64,000 nt of DNA from assembly GCA_028284775.1 (NCBI GenBank), contig JANQRB010000154.1, positions 39,785-103,784 of the forward strand, given 5' to 3'. Under the pieces are notes generated by a model that was given only the letters and a program-made list of their open reading frames with translations, made no database searches and had not been told where the DNA came from. Source of the DNA: Candidatus Kapaibacterium sp. Its GTDB lineage: Bacteria > Bacteroidota > Ignavibacteria > Kapaibacteriales > UBA7675. Each line of letters starts with the position of its first letter. Position 1 is the stretch's first letter. The position numbers and the translations under genes were made by a program. Shown piece by piece: positions 28,528 to 37,202 of this stretch.

Positions 28528-28678
28528 TGTTTCAAATTAGTTGATTTCAGGTCCTCCTCATTTTGCAAGAGGGTTTGTGGAGTAAAGGAAACTGCGAATA
28601 CTCGAAACCTCTCCTCGTTCGGCGCTCAGTCCACGCCTCACCTCTTGCCCCGAGAGGAGGAGCAAATGCATTTAAAGA
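28528..28678 (+). repeat. Copy A of a ~145-nt structured intergenic repeat (MITE/REP-like) at a convergent gene junction
   Basis: The 5' end TGTTTCAAATTAGTTGATTTCAGGTCCTCCTCATTTTGCAAGAGGG matches the 60003-60050 copy over ~40 nt (36 identical). The 3' end ...AAATGCATTTAAAGAG is related to the copy B end AAACTAATTTGAAAGAG. It lies between the BatE stop (28524) and the vWA stop (28849). Confidence 0.5.
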
Positions 28679-28848
28679 GCACTGGAAGCTAGATTCCCGC
28701 GACGAGGGCATCCGGAGGTTTCAAATGCGCTCGTCATCGCTTAACAAGGCTAGAGACCGGCGAGCCCCGATGACAGGCTTAGCAGTTGATTTTGACTCTT
28801 GCCCTTGCAGTTTCTCCACCAAAAAATGGTGGAGTGAGGTGGCATTTC

Positions 28849-29853
28849 TCAGGGAGTTGTGCGAAACACTGAGTAGCGTCCGAGCAGTTCCAGGAGCAGC
28901 AGCAGTCCGGCCGCGAGCGCGAAAGGCAGGAATTCTTCTGTGTGACGCTTAAACTCGGTGACTTCGATGCGCGTCTTTTCCAGCTGATCGATTTCATCAT
29001 AAATCTTGGCCAGATCTTTATTGCTGGTTGCCCGAAAGTAGCGGCCGTCTGTTTTTTGCGCGATCTCCGTTAACACGTCTTCATCAATCTTGACTTCTAC
29101 CTGCTGATATTGCATTCCAAAGGGCGTTTTGACCGGTCGTTGAGCAACGCCCTTGGTGCCGATGCCGATGGTATAAACCCGAACCCCGAAAGTAACGGCG
29201 ATTTCAGCAGCTGTTAGTGGGGCGATCGCGCCTGCATTGTTGACGCCGTCGGTTAACAGAATCACGACTTTGCTGATGGCATCGCTATCCTTTAGTCTGC
29301 TGACGGCTGTCGCGAGACCGGCGCCTATTGCGGTGCGGCTGCCGAGCTGACTGCCGAGCTCGAGATCTTCGAGTGTCGTGAGTACGACGCTGTGATCTGT
29401 GGTTAAGGGACATTGCGTAAAGCTGCGTTCGCCAAAGGCTACAAGGCCGATTCGGTCATCCTGCCGTTCGTCGATAAAATCCGCCGCGACATCTTTGGCG
29501 GCTTCCAGCCGATTCGGCTTTAAGTCGACAGCATCCATACTCTGCGAAATGTCGATCGCCATCACGACGTCGATCCCTTCGGTGGTGATGTTTTCGCCGC
29601 TGGTGCTGGACTGCGGACGCGCAAGAGCCAGAATCAAAAGCGACAGCGATGCGATACGAAGGATCGGCGGCAGCAGGCGCAGACGCTGACGAATCGACGG
29701 CCGGGTATGAGCGAAGCCTTCGAGCGTCGACATTTGCAGGTCGGCGAATTGTCGCTTGCGACGCCACCAGTACCACAGGACAATCAAGGGTATGAGGGCG
29801 TACAAGGCAAAGAACTCCGGCTGCGCAAATTCAATTGCGTTGAAATCTATCAT
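28849..29853 (-). CDS. Second BatA-like vWA domain protein
   Basis: The N-terminal TM region is MIDFNAIEFAQPEFFALYALIPLIVLWYWWRRKRQ. The vWA motifs are VVMAIDISQSM and ...LTDGVNNAG... The length is 334 aa. Confidence 0.85.
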   Translation of the reverse strand: MIDFNAIEFAQPEFFALYALIPLIVLWYWWRRKRQFADLQMSTLEGFAHTRPSIRQRLRLLPPILRIASLSLLILALARPQSSTSGENITTEGIDVVMAIDISQSMDAVDLKPNRLEAAKDVAADFIDERQDDRIGLVAFGERSFTQCPLTTDHSVVLTTLEDLELGSQLGSRTAIGAGLATAVSRLKDSDAISKVVILLTDGVNNAGAIAPLTAAEIAVTFGVRVYTIGIGTKGVAQRPVKTPFGMQYQQVEVKIDEDVLTEIAQKTDGRYFRATSNKDLAKIYDEIDQLEKTRIEVTEFKRHTEEFLPFALAAGLLLLLELLGRYSVFRTTP

Positions 29854-30917
29854 TGTTCTGTCTGCTCTGTCGTTTGTTCGTTTTCTACCAGCATTGTCGC
29901 CTGAACAAACTCGTAGGTATTTTTGATACTCAGGTCATTGTCGTTGGGTAGCGGCCGTTCTTTGGCAAACTTGACCAGGTCCGCCAGGGACAGTGCCTGT
30001 CGCAATTTCGCGAGGAGGCTGTTGTCGATGCTCGTACTGCGCATCAGGGCATCCAGGATCTCGTCCGTTGTCGATTCCAGGGCCAGAACGGCAAAACGCT
30101 CTTCAATGTATTGCCGTGCTATATGCGCGATTCTCGTGTGATACTCTTTAACCCGTCCATTCTGCCATAGCTTATCTTTTTCCAGCGCCCGCAGCGCTTC
30201 GAGAGCCACATCGTGCGGCGGACGTTTCAGCGGACGGGGAATGAAGGCCTGCTTCTCGACCGGCTTGCGCCGCGACCAATAGGCAATCAATGCTGTCAGA
30301 GCGGCTACTATAGTAAGCGCGAGAACGATCCAATGCCAGATTTCCCAAATTGACCAGGGAACGTCCAAAGGATCTTTGATATCGCGGATATCCGAGTCGA
30401 GATCGACCTCTTCCATTGCTACTTCGAACACTAAGGGCTCGGTGGCGATGGTGTCGGCCTGCTGCGCGTCCACGTACCGCACGACAAATTGAAGGGCGGG
30501 CAGGCCGAAATAGCCTCCGTCGAACATCGCCACGGTCAATGACTGCTGAATGTGGATGCGGCCTTCCTGTTCGCTGGTGTCACGGCGACTGCGATCAAAA
30601 ACATCGAGCGCGGCGAACTCCGGCGAATGCCGCGCAACATCCTCAGGCGACTCCTGCAGCATCGACTCGTCGAGTTTCAGCAGGGGCAGCGAATCGGCGA
30701 TCAAGGGCCAATGAACCTCACTGCCGCTGGGGTAGCTAAGATCGATTTGCAGCGTAACCTGATCACCCAGCTGAAATCTGCTGCTGTCCATTCGGGCCGT
30801 GACCTTCGGCGGTTCCGAGGCCGATAAGCGGATCAGGCTGCTTAACAGAAGCACGAGAACGATGAGCCCGCCGCTTCGGCGGTATCCGGCTCGACTGTCG
30901 CAATAGCATCGATTCAT
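29850..30917 (-). CDS. Bat-operon-associated hypothetical membrane protein (DUF4381-like position between DUF58 and BatA)
   Basis: The protein is 355 aa with a signal/TM N-terminus and a central TM helix WIVLALTIVAALTALIAYW. Its position in the operon is conserved. The ORF overlaps the downstream gene by 4 nt. Confidence 0.55.
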   Translation of the reverse strand: MNRCYCDSRAGYRRSGGLIVLVLLLSSLIRLSASEPPKVTARMDSSRFQLGDQVTLQIDLSYPSGSEVHWPLIADSLPLLKLDESMLQESPEDVARHSPEFAALDVFDRSRRDTSEQEGRIHIQQSLTVAMFDGGYFGLPALQFVVRYVDAQQADTIATEPLVFEVAMEEVDLDSDIRDIKDPLDVPWSIWEIWHWIVLALTIVAALTALIAYWSRRKPVEKQAFIPRPLKRPPHDVALEALRALEKDKLWQNGRVKEYHTRIAHIARQYIEERFAVLALESTTDEILDALMRSTSIDNSLLAKLRQALSLADLVKFAKERPLPNDNDLSIKNTYEFVQATMLVENEQTTEQTEQ

Positions 30918-30932
30918 ACTGCGGTCCTCCTC

Positions 30933-31808
30933 TTAGCGTCGTCCTTCGCGTCGCTTGAAAAATGTCATCAGGGGAGCCACATACGACTCATCGGTCCGGA
31001 TGGTGATCACGTCAACGCCGGATCTGGCAAAGCAATTGGCAAGCAAGTCTTCATGTTCAAGCCACCAGCGTCGATAGTCATTGCGCAGCCTCTTACTCGA
31101 GGTGTCGACCCAGCGGGTGGCGCCTGTTTCGGCGTCGCGCAGTTGCACCAGCCCTACGGCCGGAATTTCAGCTTCGCGGGCGTCATAAATTCGAACCGCA
31201 ACAACATCGTGCTTTTTGTTGCTGATCTTAAGGGCCTCTTCAAATCGCGGCGCCAGAAAGTCCGAGATGACAAAAGCGATGCTGCGCTTTTTGATCACAT
31301 TGGCAAAATACTGCAGGGCCACGGTGATATCGCTGCCCTTGTGTTCCGGCCGAAACTCAATGAGCTCGCGAATGATGCGCAGAATGTGACTACGTCCCTT
31401 TTTGGGAGGCACAAACTTTTCCACCTGGTCGCTGAAAAAAATAACGCCGATCTTGTCGTTGTTCTGAATTGCGGAGAATGCCAGTACGGCGCAGAGCTCC
31501 GTCACGAGGTCTTTTTTAAACTGCCGTCGCGTCCCGAACTGTTCGGAGTTGCTGACGTCGACCAGCAACATTACGGTCAGCTCGCGCTCTTCCTCGAATA
31601 TTTTCACATAGGGGTGGCTGAAGCGCGCTGTGACATTCCAGTCAATCGTTCGAATGTCGTCGCCCGGCTGATATTCGCGTACTTCACTGAAGGCCATACC
31701 ACGACCTTTGAAGGCGCTGTGATACTCGCCGGAGAAGATTTGATTCGTCAGGCCACGAGTCTTGATTTCGATCTTTCTGACGTTTTTGAGCAGTTCCGTT
31801 GTTTCCAT
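30933..31808 (-). CDS. DUF58 domain protein (MoxR-associated vWA-like partner)
   Basis: ...GEYHSAFKGRGMAFSEVREYQPGDDIRTIDWNVTARFSHPYVKIFEEERELTVMLLVDVS... is a canonical DUF58 core. Confidence 0.85.
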   Translation of the reverse strand: METTELLKNVRKIEIKTRGLTNQIFSGEYHSAFKGRGMAFSEVREYQPGDDIRTIDWNVTARFSHPYVKIFEEERELTVMLLVDVSNSEQFGTRRQFKKDLVTELCAVLAFSAIQNNDKIGVIFFSDQVEKFVPPKKGRSHILRIIRELIEFRPEHKGSDITVALQYFANVIKKRSIAFVISDFLAPRFEEALKISNKKHDVVAVRIYDAREAEIPAVGLVQLRDAETGATRWVDTSSKRLRNDYRRWWLEHEDLLANCFARSGVDVITIRTDESYVAPLMTFFKRREGRR

Positions 31809-31836
31809 CTTGAATTCACGCCTTGATAGCAGGAGT

Positions 31837-32826
31837 TTAGGGAACCTCGATACTGTTCAAAATTTCGTTAATAATGTCTTCCGACGTGACATTTTCCGCT
31901 TCCGCTTCATAGGTAATGCCAATGCGATGACGCATCACATCGTGGCAGATGGCTCGCACGTCTTCCGGGATGACATAGCCGCGCCGTTTAACAAAGGCAT
32001 AGGCTTTCGAGGCCTGGGCCAGATTAATACTGGCGCGCGGCGAGCCGCCATAGGAAATGAGCTGCTTCAGTTTCGCAAGATTGTATTCATCGGGATAGCG
32101 CGTGGCGAAAACAATGTCGATAATATACTTTTCGATTTTTTCATCCATATAGACATCGCGCAAAATCTCACGGGCGCGCAGAATGTCGCCGGGATCGACC
32201 GCTGGCTGAATTTCCGGCAGCTTGCCCTCCAGGTTTAAGCGCATAATCGCCTGCTCTTCTTCGCGTTTCGGGTAGGTGATGACGACCTTGAGCATAAAGC
32301 GGTCCACCTGCGCTTCCGGCAATGGATAGGTCCCTTCCTGCTCAACGGGATTCTGCGTCGCCAGGACGAGGAAAGGTTCGCTGAGTTTGAAAGTCGATTC
32401 CCCGATGGTAACCTGACGTTCCTGCATGGCTTCCAGCAAAGCGCTTTGTACCTTGGCCGGCGCGCGGTTGATTTCGTCGGCCAGGACAAAATTGGCGAAA
32501 ATCGGTCCCTTGCGAACGAGGAATTCTTCTTTGCGTTGATTGTAAATCATTGTTCCAACCAGATCGGCCGGCAGCAAATCGGGGGTGAACTGTATACGGC
32601 TGAATTTGGCGTGTACAATCGAAGCCAATGAGTTGATCGCCAGAGTTTTGGCCAGACCCGGCACCCCTTCCAGGAGGATGTGCCCGTTCGACAACAAGGC
32701 GATCAGAAGCCGGTCCAGCATGGAGCGCTGACCGATGATTACTTTGCCGAGTTCGTTTTGAATGGTTTCGACAAAGGCGCTTTCCGCTTGTATCTTCTCG
32801 TTGATTTCCTTTATGTTCGTCAACAT
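31837..32826 (-). CDS. moxR: MoxR-family AAA+ ATPase
   Basis: The Walker A motif is GVPGLAKT, the Walker B motif is VLADEINRA, and a MoxR C-terminal lid is present. The protein is 329 aa. Confidence 0.9.
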   Translation of the reverse strand: MLTNIKEINEKIQAESAFVETIQNELGKVIIGQRSMLDRLLIALLSNGHILLEGVPGLAKTLAINSLASIVHAKFSRIQFTPDLLPADLVGTMIYNQRKEEFLVRKGPIFANFVLADEINRAPAKVQSALLEAMQERQVTIGESTFKLSEPFLVLATQNPVEQEGTYPLPEAQVDRFMLKVVITYPKREEEQAIMRLNLEGKLPEIQPAVDPGDILRAREILRDVYMDEKIEKYIIDIVFATRYPDEYNLAKLKQLISYGGSPRASINLAQASKAYAFVKRRGYVIPEDVRAICHDVMRHRIGITYEAEAENVTSEDIINEILNSIEVP

Positions 32827-33070
32827 GAAAGCGTCTCCGCTAGAATGACATGGTTATCGTAAAACCGACAAAACTACAGAATGTTTGCAAATATTTGAAG
32901 CTCATAATTTGAGTACTGATCGCTTTGAAGGCCTGGTTTTCAGCTTGTTTCCGCATTTGGCAGCCATTCGGGACGATTGTTTCGCGCTTCAAATATCACT
33001 AATTTGACAATTCAATTCGGAGGCATTCCTGCTGCCGGCAAAGGCCGATGCGCCGCAACCACCATAAAGC

Positions 33071-34378
33071 GTGGAATTAGCTACTGTTGCTACGGACAGG
33101 CTTGCTGCTGCTTTCTGTAATTTTGGATCGACATACGGACTCATGGAACTTCACAATGGCTCTTATCAGATCGGCGGTGTTGAGGCGCTGCAGATTTGCC
33201 GGGATTTCGATACACCCGTTTATGTGTATGACACCGAGGTCATAGGCCGGCGCTACCGGGAATTGACACAGGCTTTTCAGGGAATCCGGCTTGATGTCAA
33301 ATATGCATGCAAGGCTTCAACCAACCCGGCCCTCTTGAAATACGTGCGATCGCTCGGCGCCGGCGTTGAGGGTGTTTCGATTCAGGAGATTCGTCTGGCG
33401 CTTCTGGCCGGCTTTGATCCGCAGCGTATTCTGTACACACCTAACTGCGTTGATTTTGCCGAACTCCGCGAAGCCGTTGACTTAGGCGTCCATATTAACA
33501 TCGACAACATTTCATTGCTTGAGCAGTTCGGTCATTTTTACGGGTCGTCCGTGCCGGTTTGTATTCGGATCAACCCGCATATTATGGCCGGCGGCAATGC
33601 CAATATTGCGGTTGGGCACATCGACTCGAAGTTTGGTATCTCGATCCACCAGATGCGCCACGTGCAGCGGATTGTCGACTCGCATAAGATTATGGTGCAT
33701 GGACTTCACATGCATACGGGCTCCGACATTCTGGATGCCGCTGTTTTTGCCCAGGCCGCCGAAGTTATGTTCAGCTATGCCCGTAATTTTTCCGACCTGC
33801 GCTATCTCGACTTCGGCAGCGGTTTCAAGGTCGCTTATCGCGACGGCGACGTGACCACCGACGTGGTCGCTCTCGGTGAAACGATCGTGCCGCTGTTTAA
33901 CAGTTTTTGCCGGGAATACGGACGGGAACTCGAATTGTGGTTCGAGCCCGGCAAATACCTGCTTAGCGAGGCCGGCTATTTTCTTGTGCGAACCAACGTC
34001 GTGAAGCAGACAACGGCCACGGTTTTTGCCGGTGTTAACTCCGGTATGAATCATCTGATTCGCCCCATGTTCTACGATTCCTATCACCGCATCCTTAACC
34101 TTTCGAATCCGGGCGGCACTCCGCGTATTTATACCGTTGTCGGCTATATCTGTGAAACGGATACCTTTGGCTGGGACCGGCAGCTCAATGAAGTTCGCGA
34201 AGGTGATATACTCGCCTTCTGTAATGCCGGAGCCTACGGAATGGCAATGGCTTCCAACTACAATTCACGATATCGCCCGGCGGAAGTCCTGGTGCATGAT
34301 GCCGCCGCTCATCTGATTCGCCGGCGCGAAAATTTTGAAGATCTGACGCGTACAGCGAATCTGGAGCTGGATTTCTGA
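33071..34378 (+). CDS. lysA: Orn/DAP/Arg decarboxylase family-2 PLP enzyme, most likely diaminopimelate decarboxylase
   Basis: The PLP-binding motif is YACKASTNPALL. The region ...EPGKYLLSEAG... and the C-terminal Cys motif GYICETDTF are present. The true start may be M25 (33143). Confidence 0.75.
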   Translation: MELATVATDRLAAAFCNFGSTYGLMELHNGSYQIGGVEALQICRDFDTPVYVYDTEVIGRRYRELTQAFQGIRLDVKYACKASTNPALLKYVRSLGAGVEGVSIQEIRLALLAGFDPQRILYTPNCVDFAELREAVDLGVHINIDNISLLEQFGHFYGSSVPVCIRINPHIMAGGNANIAVGHIDSKFGISIHQMRHVQRIVDSHKIMVHGLHMHTGSDILDAAVFAQAAEVMFSYARNFSDLRYLDFGSGFKVAYRDGDVTTDVVALGETIVPLFNSFCREYGRELELWFEPGKYLLSEAGYFLVRTNVVKQTTATVFAGVNSGMNHLIRPMFYDSYHRILNLSNPGGTPRIYTVVGYICETDTFGWDRQLNEVREGDILAFCNAGAYGMAMASNYNSRYRPAEVLVHDAAAHLIRRRENFEDLTRTANLELDF

Positions 34379-34407
34379 CGAAGGGAGTTTCAGCACCAAG
34401 CGCCCGA

Positions 34408-35064
34408 TCAGATCGGCCCCTTCTTAAACAAAATAAACGAGTACAAGACGGGGACAAGCGCGATGATCCCAATGTAAATATAGTAAGCAGTGGCATAAAT
34501 CTCTTCCGGCAGTATGAGCCAAAATAAGATCATTGCAAGCGAAGCCCAAACCCAGAGGTAGCCGGCCATGCGATGTGTTTTGCGCCAGATTTCCGGATAC
34601 TCAAGCGTCCACGGTGTTCGAATGCCGATGAAATAGTTGGAGCGAATATTGCCCATGTAGTTGCCGAGCACCAGAAAGACGAAGAGCGTGCTTAATGAGA
34701 TTACGGCGCCGACGTTGATGTCGTAACCAAGTGCAATGCCGATAATCACAAAAAAAATCAACAGCAGCATTGTGCTGAGTATGAGCCGGATTACCCGCAG
34801 CGTGCCGACGAATTTCGTGTAACTGGTTTTGCGCGGATCGATCGAGGGCAGAAGATAAATCAGCCCTGTAACGAGGATGTTAACAATCGGGATGCTGAAG
34901 ACGCCGAAGCTTTTGGAACTGTAATCATTGACTTCACCTTGCAGATTCCAGTGTGTCGCGATTTGTTCCGGCAGTTGCTCCCAGATAAAGGGAATCACGG
35001 CAAAGGGAGTTAACAGTAGCAATAACTGCAGCCATTCCCTGCGAATAAAGACTTTGACACTCAT
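34408..35064 (-). CDS. SdpI/YhfL-family polytopic membrane protein (DUF1648 + SdpI immunity-protein-like)
   Basis: Six predicted TM helices. The motif GNYMGNIRSNYFIGIRTPWTL is characteristic of SdpI/YhfL. The start overlaps the upstream ArsR gene by 4 nt. Confidence 0.7.
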   Translation of the reverse strand: MSVKVFIRREWLQLLLLLTPFAVIPFIWEQLPEQIATHWNLQGEVNDYSSKSFGVFSIPIVNILVTGLIYLLPSIDPRKTSYTKFVGTLRVIRLILSTMLLLIFFVIIGIALGYDINVGAVISLSTLFVFLVLGNYMGNIRSNYFIGIRTPWTLEYPEIWRKTHRMAGYLWVWASLAMILFWLILPEEIYATAYYIYIGIIALVPVLYSFILFKKGPI

Positions 35065-35336
35065 TCTTCATTCTCCGATTTTTTGCGCAGCAAGGTCATC
35101 ATCCATTTCAGTGTTTCGTCAAGAACCGTCGTGTTGAGCGAGTAGTAAACAAACTGCCCTCTCTTGTCGGCCAAAACGAGCTCAGCCCGCTTGAGTAAGT
35201 CAAGATGGTAGGAAATGCTGGGCTTGCTGATGTCGAATGCGCCGGCGATTTCTCCGGCCGTTAAGTCCTGTTCCTTTAACATTTCCAGGATTGAACGACG
35301 CGTCGGATCGTCCAGCGCCTTGAAGAGGGCGTTCAT
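35061..35336 (-). CDS. ArsR/SmtB-family winged-helix repressor (SdpR-like autorepressor)
   Basis: MNALFKALDDPTRRSILEMLKEQDLTAGEIAGAFDISKPSISYHLDLLKRAELV is a canonical ArsR HTH. The protein is 91 aa. Confidence 0.85.
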   Translation of the reverse strand: MNALFKALDDPTRRSILEMLKEQDLTAGEIAGAFDISKPSISYHLDLLKRAELVLADKRGQFVYYSLNTTVLDETLKWMMTLLRKKSENEE

Positions 35337-35351
35337 TCTTGTTTTAGATAA

Positions 35352-35367
35352 TTAGATAAATATCTAA
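35352..35367. promoter_or_regulatory. Candidate operator: 7-bp inverted repeat TTAGATA-aa-TATCTAA, 16-31 bp upstream of the ArsR/SdpR-like gene
   Basis: A perfect inverted repeat sits directly upstream of an autoregulatory-type repressor gene. An overlapping direct repeat TAGATAATTAGATA is also present. Confidence 0.35.
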
Positions 35368-36112
35368 ATGCTTGATTCAAGTATACAAAGAATGCCGGGT
35401 AAAGTCAACAGGATTCTCTGTCGCAGACGCAAAAACTGCGCTGAAGTCAAAAGCATTCATTCTTGTAAAATGCCTGTAACCTTCCAGTTGACTTTGTGTT
35501 ATAAGCCCGTGCCTCGCAAGTGAGGACCTGAAATCAAACAGATAGATTTGATTTTGCCTTGAGGACGACGGCGACATAAACCTGCGCCGAATGCTCAAGC
35601 ACAGATGTTAACACGCGAGTGATGGGCCGATCACATGCTCACGTGACTGCATTCGGGATGATGCACTCTCAGACGGCCTACAAAAAGTTTAATTAACAGT
35701 AAGCGAATCGCATCGGATCGAGTTCAATGAATTGATCTCGGCGGATAACGCTTGTCGTGTCCGTACATGTGAAAATTGAGGGCATTTACTTTCCGGGTAA
35801 ATCCGAGATAGGGGGAAGGCGGGCACATAGGTGTTTTTCCTATGGGTGGCGCGCATTGAGGGTATGTAATTATCCCGCCTTTTCCCCTATTCTCGTTTCT
35901 CTTATATCGGCTGCCATCCTCTCTCACCAGCAGATTCTTCTTCCGTCAACTTCTTCAGTTTCATTTGTCTCAGTGCATGCCTGCCGTCGCAGGACCGGCG
36001 CGAGCCCTTTGTTGCCATCTGATAGACAATTTCGACTGCGTCATAGTCGTCAGCGCTCACGCCCGGACATTTTATCTTTTCCGGTATTTTTGCATTATGG
36101 ACACGGCAAAGA

Positions 36113-36535
36113 ATGGCTCACCAATTTGAGGTCCTCGAGCATACAGCTGACGTACGCCTGAAGGTCCGTGCCGACTGCCTGGAAGAACTGTTTGCCGGCG
36201 CCTTAAGGGGAATGTGCCACCTTATTCAAGAAGGAGGATGCGAGAAGGCAGCCGATTCCTCGCTCTGCGAAGAGTTCAGTATCAGCTCTGTTGACCATGC
36301 TGCTTTGCTGGTAGACTTCTTGTCTAAGGTGCTGGTACTGATTTCAACCAACTGCGCTTTATACTGCGATGTTACTATTCACGAGTTGTCGGGCACTTTT
36401 TTACGGGTTAGTGTCAAAGGCTTTGTTACCGAGAGCGATTTTGATGAAGATATTAAGGCTGTCACATACCACGAAAATGCCGTTATTCGGGCTGAAAACG
36501 GCGATTATATAAGCACCATCGTTTTTGATATATAA
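36113..36535 (+). CDS. Archease (RtcB cofactor)
   Basis: MAHQFEVLEHTADVRLKVRA... is the archease N-terminal signature. The protein is 140 aa. Confidence 0.85.
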   Translation: MAHQFEVLEHTADVRLKVRADCLEELFAGALRGMCHLIQEGGCEKAADSSLCEEFSISSVDHAALLVDFLSKVLVLISTNCALYCDVTIHELSGTFLRVSVKGFVTESDFDEDIKAVTYHENAVIRAENGDYISTIVFDI

Positions 36536-37202
36536 CAAGGCAGCCCAAATTCGGCCGAAAATGGCGGTAAAAGCGATGTTACCGGCAAGGGAATATTGGT
36601 ATTGCTTACTGCATTGATCAGGCTGTATGTTTGTCGGTGAGAATCCGGAAGCGCAATTAATCGCAGTACCTAAGCAATCTCCGGTCAGGTGTTTCAGGGT
36701 TCTCGTAAATGTTGCCGCTCGCAGAGCGGAGTGCCATAAGAACATTTTTCAGGTGGCGCATCGACACAGGCAAAGTGTCAAAACCGTAAAGGGAGCCCCC
36801 CTCAATAGGGTGGCTGAGGGGGACTCTCTTGCGGTTGTTTATCCAGGCTATCTCAGTCGTATTCTGGCAGCACCGGTAGCCGATTCGCACAAGTAAAAAT
36901 TGCTGTTTGTTTTTTCACATGGCTGTCTTTGGTTACTCGCATAGTGAATACAACCTTCGAAAGCCATGAGCTGCTCACTTTTCGCGCAGCGAAAGAGATC
37001 GCCTGACTGACGACCTCTAGAGGGTCAGAGGTTGAAAGTAGCTCCTACGACTTGTTCGCTCCAGGGACAAGACGGAAAGGAGTTGCTTCCTTTTAAAGCA
37101 GCATATCGTATTTTCTCCTTCGTTCGCATCCTGTTTTTGCGTTTTCAATTAACACGACGTCATTTTTTTGAGTCTTCGCAAACAGCCAAGCAGCAAACTA
37201 CT

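Noticed and set aside
28814-28834. Hairpin CTCCACC-aaaaaat-GGTGGAG as the terminator of the minus-strand vWA gene
   Set aside because: The stem is perfect, but the A/T run is in the loop rather than 3' of the stem on either strand. It is not a canonical intrinsic terminator.
36740-37000. Sigma-54 (-24/-12) promoter for rtcB
   Set aside because: TGGCAG cacc g GTAGC near 36870 and other GG/GC pairs do not match TGGCAC-N5-TTGCW. No RtcR-like activator is present in the window.
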